DNA of 58,733 bases, counting the filler, from Dugesia japonica (Eukaryota): assembly GCA_001938525.1 (NCBI GenBank). It is 5 parts of 5 records of this genome, joined end to end, with 100 filler letters (N's around TTAATTAATTAA, not from the genome) between each part and the next. Parts side by side here need not be neighbours in the genome. Positions count along the whole stretch, not along the records: positions 49,159 to 58,733 come from MQRL01561465.1; 4 more parts are not named here. One strand, given 5' to 3'. Shown here piece after piece: positions 50,321 through 58,733 of the stretch (within the stretch, counting starts at the first letter, position 1; the number at the start of each line of letters is the position of its first letter). The translations under genes were made by a program, and so were the position numbers. The notes below the pieces were generated by a model. It had not been told where the DNA came from. It saw only the letters and a list, made by a program, of their open reading frames with translations, and made no database searches.

Positions 50321-52597
50321 CTTTTATTGATGATATATAACTTATCTATGTGAATTCTGTCTTTCACTTATATATTTATTATTCGAAAGTCAGTATTTTT
50401 TGATTCAGTTTTTGATTTTGTAAATAAATCTTTTCATTTGTTGAATATTTCGAATAAGACACTAATTCCTAGTTTATCATTTTTCTATACTTTTTTAAAG
50501 AAGTTTGAAGCTTTCTCCCCTGATTTGACTACTGAGCCCTGTTTTAGTCATTGTTTCGAATAATAAGAATGGAAATTATTATATCATAATTTGAACTATG
50601 ATATTTGAAATCATAGCTTAAGATTTAGTAATATTTCAAATATATTTCAATGAATCAGAAGTGGTTCAGTTTTTATTTGTTATTTAAAGTAGTAGTCTTA
50701 GTTTGATTTTAGTTTGATCTTACTCAGAAAAAGTATTTTTTCATCTACTGTTGCAGTCCTACTGCCCTTTTGTCGGTTAATTATAGTGTCCGTCAAGAAT
50801 GTCCACACCAAATACTTATTTTCAACCTCACCTCTAATTCGGTACTTGAAGAAACTGATTTTCTTAAGGAAGGAGCTATTATCAATAACATTTAAATTTC
50901 CACATTTGCGTAATGCTGACAAAATTGTATTGATAGCAGAAAATCTGATGTTTCTTCAATCGATGGTTGATATTACCCATCACCAGGCCAAATATAGTGA
51001 CCTTGAATTCAATGCTAACAAATATAGTTACCGAACATCGAACAACTTAGAAAACCATCAATTTGTTCTAATTGAACCATCTATTTCCAACATCAGTTAC
51101 CTGGAAATCTATCAGTACTTTTGAGTCATAAAAGGTAAAGATATTAAACATACCACATACAGTCTTTAAAATGTTTATATCTGACTTATAGATATCGCTA
51201 CAGCTGTGTTGGCAAAGGATCCAGGCCAAGTTTTTAAAAAATTTTGAAAATGTTGAGGTCAATTTTGAAGTCGATTGTGATACAAAATCCTAATTTGTTG
51301 TGTACGAATCTAAAAATATTAAAATAATTCAAAAAATGCAACATTATTTTTTGAACGCTTTATTTTTATTAAAATAAATGAAAATTAATATTTTTCAGGC
51401 TCTGTAATCATTAATTAACTTTATTTCTCAGCATTTTTACCAGAAAGAAAAACATTTCGATGAATATAATGAATATCTTCCAAATAGAACAACATCTAAG
51501 ATAAATTCTTTAAGTGAGCGTTTTCTACAAGTTTTTCAAACCACGATTTCAACTGAATATCAAATGCAAGATTCCGAAAAATTGTGTTCTTGAAATTATC
51601 CAAAAGAATTTAGTATTCCGAGTATTCTTCATTGTAGTGTTCAAAGCAGCTAATTAGTAATATAAAGAAATTTTTCAGGGATCTTTTTATTGTTTGATAT
51701 TTCAAATCTTGTAGAAACAGAAATGCTTGAACCCTTAAAAGAACATCACCGCTTCAGATCAAAGAATAAAAGAATCCGTGGTTCAGCGGAATCCAAAAAA
51801 TTTCCAGTTAAATGCGGAAATTGTGTACCAAAATGGCATAACATAATAATTAATAAAAATTAATATTTTATTTATTATAATTGTGGCATTTTTTGAATTA
51901 TTTTATATCCTTATTTATTATAATTAAGGTGGTAAATTGTGTTATAATTTAATAAATAGTTTATTAAACTAAATGTGTATTCTTTTAGTTATTTCTTTTA
52001 TTATTTATAAACACATATAAAAGTATATTTTATTTGTAATAGCCGAAAACAAATGTTGAAAATGTAGAAGAAAATTAGAATACCCATACCCATATTTTTA
52101 ATAATAATTTGGAAATTATATTAAATTAAAATAAAAATTCGATAACGATAACTAATTTCAATAAAATTTAATTATTAATTTCATTAATTTAATTGAATTA
52201 TTAAATTAAAAACTAATTAATAAAAAACAATAAATTAAACAAATAAATCAAGCGTAAACTTAATTTCATTATTAAAATATGATAAATAAATTTTAAAAAC
52301 CGAAATTTATTGAGAAGAAAAAGAAATTATTAGATTTTAAAAATTAAAACAAAATTTGTAAAATTCAGAAATAAAAAAATGACATGAATAATACAGAAAT
52401 AACACTGATATTGTTACTTAGTTTTAATAAAAATAAAGTAGTAAATCAGAAATTTCAAATAATTTATTCTCTGTTAAAAAAATAAAACACATCATTGAAT
52501 ATATTAATATTCCAGAAGAATGTTGGACAAAACATTTTGAAAAAAACTAGATCAAAGACCATACCCATTGAAGATCTAGAAATATACGTGATACGTA

Positions 52598-53361
52598 CAG
52601 TACGCACAAAAAATCCAATCACTATCCAAAAAAAATAAATTACTTGAAACTATTGTTATAGTTTCAATCAATTTATTACTAAACCATTTATTAGATATCA
52701 ATATGTCGTTTATTATCCATCATTGTCAATCATAGCTTGGCATCTGCGTGGCATACTTCCAACTAAGTTAGTGAGGAAATCTGTTTGTAAATTTTCCATC
52801 TAACTTCTAAAACTTTACATAATTTATTTTCATTTGTTGGATGTATGTCTGTTAATGGTTTTTCAAAGAAAATCCATAACTTTTAATAGGATTTAAATCT
52901 GGACTTCGAGATTTAGATATCTTTTGATTTGTTTCACAGAAATGGTACTAGCACTTACTGTCTCAGATATAATATTTTGATCATCAGTATTTGTAGTTTT
53001 TCTTTGTCTTCCACTACCAATTTTACGTTCGTAATTCCCACGTGATTTGTAATCTTTAAGAAAAGTAGCGACTGTCTATTGAGGTTTCTCCATTTTCTTT
53101 ACCATTTCTCTCCGTAATCTGAATATGCTATAATCTGTCCTTTTTCAAAATTAGTTAGCTTTGCCATTGATATAATCTTAATGCACAATTTTAACTATTT
53201 AAATTTCCACAAAACAATACAAAACAAATACTTATTCAATTTATTTGATTTAATTGATTTCACAGCAAAATGTGTATGAAATGTTATATGATCGGATTTT
53301 TATTAAATTGTTTCAAGTAATTTGTCTTATTTGGATAGTGGTCCGATTTTTGTGTGTATTG
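52598..53361 (-). mobile_element. Internally deleted Tc1-like transposon with TIRs and TA flanks
   Basis: TA|CAGTACGCACAAAAAATCCAATCACTATCC.. and ..GGATAGTGGTCCGATTTTTGTGTGTATTG|TA; MAKLTNFEKGQII, GSGRQRKTT, SPDLNPI. Confidence 0.9.
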
Positions 53362-53904
53362 TATATAAGTCTACTTAAAGTTTACATAAGACCAACATCC
53401 CTATTTTATGATTCATTTCATTAACTTCTATTCTATATTTACAATTTGGCTTTTTATTCTCTTTTCATGTTTTCGATATTTGCTAACAGTAGATTAAAAG
53501 TGACGTTGATAGACCGATTGACATATATCAGAACTTAAATTGCAGATATTGTATTATAATATAATATGAAGGTAATATATTACAATAATATANNNNNNNN
53601 NNNNNNNNNNNNNTATATTATAATATATTATAAGTAGATATATAGTGACGCACTGAATCAACACACAAACACCTCCCACGTGTGTAAAAATTATTATGTA
53701 TTTTTTTCCTATGTAAATAGATGGAGACACGAATTTGTGTGCATTACGTAACTGTTGCTCGTATTTTTGAAAAGTTTACAGAATTATCGGGTTTTTATAC
53801 AGCGAAACACATTTGTGTGTATTACATATGNNNNNNNNNNNNNNNNNNNNNNNNNNNNNNNNNNNNNNNNNNNNNNNNNNTAATAGTTAAGCTAATTTTT
53901 TCAA

Positions 53905-54030
53905 TTTTCTGGACGATTTGATAAGGAAGTTCTTCAATAAGGTTGATTTTTGGGTGATTTTGTAAGAAATTTCCTCTGTAAGGGCAAACTTAGTTGATTA
54001 TTTACTCACAAAGGTCAATTTTCTAGAATT
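53905..54030. repeat. Dispersed repeat with inverted copy at about 58600-58722
   Basis: TGGACGATTTGATAAGGAA..GTTGATTATTTACTCACAAAGGTCAATTTT shared. Confidence 0.85.
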
Positions 54031-54089
54031 TAGGGCATTATTCACCTATAAATCATACTTAGTATAATTTTCACAATCATAATGTTTAA

Positions 54090-54275
54090 GTCATAGTACA
54101 TAATTCTCATTATCAACAAGTCATAACATACACAATACTCGCTATCATCAAGTATTAGCATACATAATACTCGCTATCAACAACTCTTAACGTACACAAT
54201 ACTCGTTATCATCAAGTATTAGCATACATAATACTTTCTATCATCAAGTATTAACATACACAATACCTGTTATCA
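54090..54275. repeat. ~29-bp minisatellite (ACAATACTCGCTATCATCAAGTATTAGCAT)
   Basis: About six units seen. Confidence 0.85.
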
Positions 54276-54651
54276 TTATTTACCTATTGATTATTCAGTT
54301 ATTATTTTAATTTGTTCATCGCTTATAGTCAACTNNNNNNNNNNNNNNNNNATATATGCTTACAACTAATAACTGGTTAAATATTCACATATTTTCTCGT
54401 TAATATAGAAAATTTCTTTGAAAATATACCTTCTAATGTGCTTTATTATCCAATTAATCGTCCCCTTGGAACATTTATTTTATTTAATCATTAAAACTTC
54501 TTACGAATTATTCATAAACTTATTATTATTCTTTTAAATTAATTAATTAATTAATTAAATCCTCAAATAGAAATCCTCAAAGTAAAATAGTAAATGAAAA
54601 AATTTATGATTCACCATTAGTGAAGAGAAAAGACATGCACATAGAGAAGAA

Positions 54652-54800
54652 AACCAGTGCACAGTGAGCAGAGCTTTGATGACTGAGGACTAGTATGCAG
54701 TGTACAGTGAGCAGAGTATTGATGACTCAACACCAGTGCACAAATAACAGTGTACAGAACTTTGGTGACTGAGAATTAGTGAACAGTGAGAAAACCAATA
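54652..54800. repeat. ~40-bp tandem array (CAGTGCACAGTGAGCAGAG..TGATGACT)
   Basis: Three to four degenerate units. Confidence 0.7.
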
Positions 54801-55283
54801 AGATCAATGAAGAGTAAATTATCACCTAAGAGTCAAAACCAGTTAAAAAGTAGACTTGATTTTTAACATCAATGCTGTTTGGAATCATCCATTATTTAAT
54901 ATTANNNNNNNNNNNNNNNNNNNNNNNNNNNNNNNNATTTTTGATTTATTTCATTAAGGATAACGTATGTTGATTATATTACTAATATTAGTAAATTTTA
55001 TGTTTTTTTAATGATTAAATCAATATTATTAATATTTTTTAAAATTTTTATTTACTCTGAAATTGTAATTTTTAGACTAATTAAATGAATAAAATTCGTT
55101 ATTGTCGAATTTTTTTGAAAAAGTCTAGGTTTTGATAATTTTTTTCCTTATTTTTTTAAAAATTAGAAACTTTCACCAATTCTGTGTTTTTTCGAATTTT
55201 AAATATAAAATTGAAAATATTAGAATTTTATTTCAAAAAAAAATTCATTTTTGAATTTTTCAAAATACTACATAAATCTTTGA

Positions 55284-56200
55284 TTAAATTAGTATTTTTT
55301 TAAAATCAATCAAATTGTTTGTAACATGAAAATTCCAGATTTTTGCTGAATTTTCCATATTAGCAAATGCGCAAGATTTGATGAGATTATCAACCGATTT
55401 ATCAGGAATGCCAATTAAAATCAAAGTTCTACGAGTTTCAATTGGTATAGTTCCAAGTGCTCCAAAAATACAAATGAATAAATCTACTTTATAGTCTGGC
55501 TTTGATGTTTTTATTTCATTTTTTAAACCATCATATTTACTTAAATTTAGGTCATCAGCATTTTTAAAATTTTGTAATGTGTCAAGTGGGAATTTAATAT
55601 CAACCATGAAAATATGACGTTTTTNGACATTTGTGATTATAAGATCAACTCTTTCTCTAGAACATTGGACTAAAGGACAAGTGTGATTCATTTCAACTAA
55701 AAGATCAGGAGATAAAAGACAATCATAAACTTTTTGCAAAACCATATCATGTCTTTCAGTAACTAAGGTCATATTTGGAACNCATTTTTGAATGCAATGA
55801 GATAAGGTCTCTTCAAATTAAAGGCATCGCCTACACAAACGCTTAGCCTTATCTGGGTTCATAGCTTCTGCATTAAACGGAAGTGTATTGGTTCTGGCTT
55901 TATGAATGAAANTCCAAGTGAAAGTACCAATATAGCTCCTAAAAATAGATTTGTTAACAATTGAGCAAAGCTTTATGGAATCTGCAATTGCACTGCTTAC
56001 AAGACTTTTACCACATTCATAGGAATAAGCTTCAAAAATGATGGAATGCAAATAATCAGATAGTTCTTTTCTCATATTACTTGTGAAATATCGGTATTAC
56101 GAGATTTACTAGTAACATCCTTAAACTTTAATCGCATCAAATTAATTAAACAACATGTGTAATCAGTTTATATGAACACGTTTCATTTCGTCATAATTTT
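55284..56200 (-). mobile_element. 3' fragment of an RLE-type non-LTR retrotransposon (R2/R4/NeSL-like)
   Basis: KARTNTLP, CRRC..ETLSH zinc knuckle, RHD, RVDLII..VDIKFP, KYD, GALG. Confidence 0.9.
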
Positions 56201-56269
56201 ATAATAAATAGACCTACTGTAGATTTTAATTAATTTTAATTAAAATTAGTAATTAACTGTATTCAAATG

Positions 56270-58060
56270 TTAAATATGTCTTGTTTAAATTCATTGTTTG
56301 CAAAATATGTAATCTTTTCAAATTTCCAAAATTTGTTATTCGTATATACAAGTTAAATCTTTAGAAATTGTTCAATATTAATGTGAGGAAATTTGTGAAT
56401 ATTTTAAGTATTTTATGTGTATGTAAATTAATTAATTTTAATTAGTTAGCGATTAAGATTTTGTTTTAATATTGATACTGTGTGAGTGTTTTAAAAAACG
56501 TACTGTAAAATTTCGTTGATAATTTATTTTGAAAAACATTGCAAGTTAATGTTTTATACTGAAGATTTATTTATTGTATTAATTTATTTTTGAAGTTGTA
56601 AATTAGTAATTCAGTTGTAAATCTATCAATTTGGTAGATATTAATAAATTTTAATATTGCAGCCATTTCAGATTTTCTTATTATTTTATAATTATGAACG
56701 AAGATTTTAATGGTAAATATGAACCCGCTAACAATTACAAAGGAAAATTTGACTACATCTGTATACCTTCTATCTAGACCAAAACATATCAATAAACCCG
56801 ATACATTCATTAACCCAATACAGTCAATAAACTTACTACATTAAATGCACCCGATACATTTTTTAAACCTATACATTCAATTCATTTATGTATTTGACTT
56901 ACATATTGTATTCAATGCTTTCATTTTTCTTAATCTAATCGTTCAGGTTAATAAATACACTCACGTAATCCATTGAATATACTAAATTTGTTACATTAGA
57001 CATAAATCTTTAAGCAATAGTCACAATTTCCAATTAAAATAAACACTAAGCCGATTCTAATGTTCACTGAGGGTTAACATGATTCTATAGTTATAATCCT
57101 TTTATTTTACAACTAATGATACAGTTAACCAAATACATAATTATCAAGTTATATAAATTTTCTTCAAGTTAAATACAGTAAATTAATTCATTAATCAATG
57201 AACACAGCAAAGTCTATGTGACTATTTATGCAAAACTAATAGATAAAGTAAGAAAATAAGTACAGTAACCTAATGCGATAGAGTGGAACCAATGGAACCC
57301 AGTAAAACCAGTGAAACATAATAAAGTCAACGAATACCACATTTAGTACCCGATTGAATCAAATTGTTAAAGAAAATTTTTTGACTTATTATTAATTTAT
57401 CAACTGAATATACATCAAGACTAATCATCTATACAGTAATTTCATAAAGCCATGAATAAATTGTAGTCATCTACAAGCAAATTATCACCACTTATGTACA
57501 AATGATTAACATTTATGTACGAATTACAACCATCGATGTGTAATTTACTGTCACTTATGCACAAAGTTTAGTCGCATATAAGCAAATTATCAATGCATGT
57601 GTAAAATATAGTAAAATATGTACAAATTATGGCAAGTTATGAGCAAATTAAACCACTATGAATAAATTATAGTCACATATAAGTAAATTTTAACCAACTA
57701 TGTGTACGTTCTCACCATCTATTGTGCATTGAGACATTAGTTTGAAATTTTGCAAGTTTAAATTTTATTTGAATAACTTGATTTTAAAAAGTTTCATAAA
57801 ATATCAATAAATATATACTACGTCCATAAGCAAGTTCATTAAAATGTATAGACCCGTAATTAAAATATAGAATAATTTTATTATGATTTGTTAAATTTCC
57901 ATTCATTTCAGTAAAGTTCATCAAATATTAAAGGTTTATTAGATTTATAGTGCTTATTATAGTTCAGCAGTTGTATTTACACAGTAGGTTATAATATATG
58001 GATAAGTAAAAACAATAGTTTACCATACAAATATTATAGTACTTTATTCCTAGATTATCA
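56270..58060 (+). repeat. Second copy of the 31140-32400 repeat with an extra ~30-bp array at about 57440-57710
   Basis: Shared blocks; additional AAATTATAGTCAC.. tandem units. Confidence 0.7.
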
Positions 58061-58733
58061 TGATTTAAATGAAGAATATTTACAAGTAATGATTTTATTT
58101 TGATATTTCACAATAGTATAATTATAACATTTAGTAATTTCAATCAAGATAGTAATTAATCGAGTCACCCATTCATCAGATTTTCATTTTGATTTGTTTC
58201 ATTACGATTAGAGAAGAAATATTTCAAAAATTCTCGAAAAATTACATGTTGTTCCTTATTTCCTCAGCACTCAACATGATTTGGCGATTTTTAACTAGGT
58301 CAGTCATGATCAGCGGAAAATTCTCTATCGAATAGACTACTATATAATTAAATTCAAGAACAAAATATTATTCGAAAGAAATTTTTTTAGGAGAAATGAT
58401 CCCGTGGTCATTCTGAATCGATTTATGTAAAAATCTCGTCCAAAAAAATTTTTCAAATTTGAATTGTTTGCCCAAATTCTCATAAATATTTCAAGTATTT
58501 TTAAAAAATTTGAATTATTTAAATAAATTCGTCTATTTCCCACGAATTTCCGTAAAAAATTCAACCCAAACAGACCAACCCGAAGAAATTATTGATCAAA
58601 ATCATAGAAAAATTGACCTTTGTGAGTAAATAATCAACCAAATTGCCCTTACCGAAAACATTTCTTGCAAAATCACCCAAAAATAAACCTTCTCGAAGAA
58701 TTTCCTTATCAAATCGTCCAAAAATTTTAAAAA

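Noticed and set aside
50600-51850. Host gene fragment
   Set aside because: Coding-like but full of stops and without a recognisable motif; cannot assign a product

Overview
AT-rich eukaryotic scaffold, probably from an invertebrate animal (species not identifiable). Spliceosomal introns are short, about 43-48 nt. Four artificial 100-nt spacers (N-TTAATTAATTAA-N) join contigs, so order across them is unproven. Host genes: a TopBP1-like multi-BRCT gene with an apparent BRCT triplication, MED7, a decayed ubiquitin-like + pseudokinase gene and some unidentified fragments. Most of the window is nested, decayed mobile DNA: at least two Polinton/Maverick (adintovirus-like) genomes and scattered pieces (pPolB, PLA2-integrase, packaging ATPase, major and minor capsid, core protein, protease), Penelope, RLE-type non-LTR, Tc1, mariner and pogo remnants, and minisatellites. 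The most unusual feature is a set of TGT...ACA-ended, transposase-less cargo elements. One apparently complete 4.9-kb copy (40381-45275) carries a BIR-BIR-RING IAP plus a co-oriented chain of orphan ORFs. Most of these ORFs start at a splice acceptor and end near AATAAA, and a consensus splice donor lies just inside the left end. A diverged second copy ends at 3161 and a third similar cassette lies at 12475-13580. A 2-kb inversion bounded by an 8-bp inverted repeat splits a Polinton major capsid gene.
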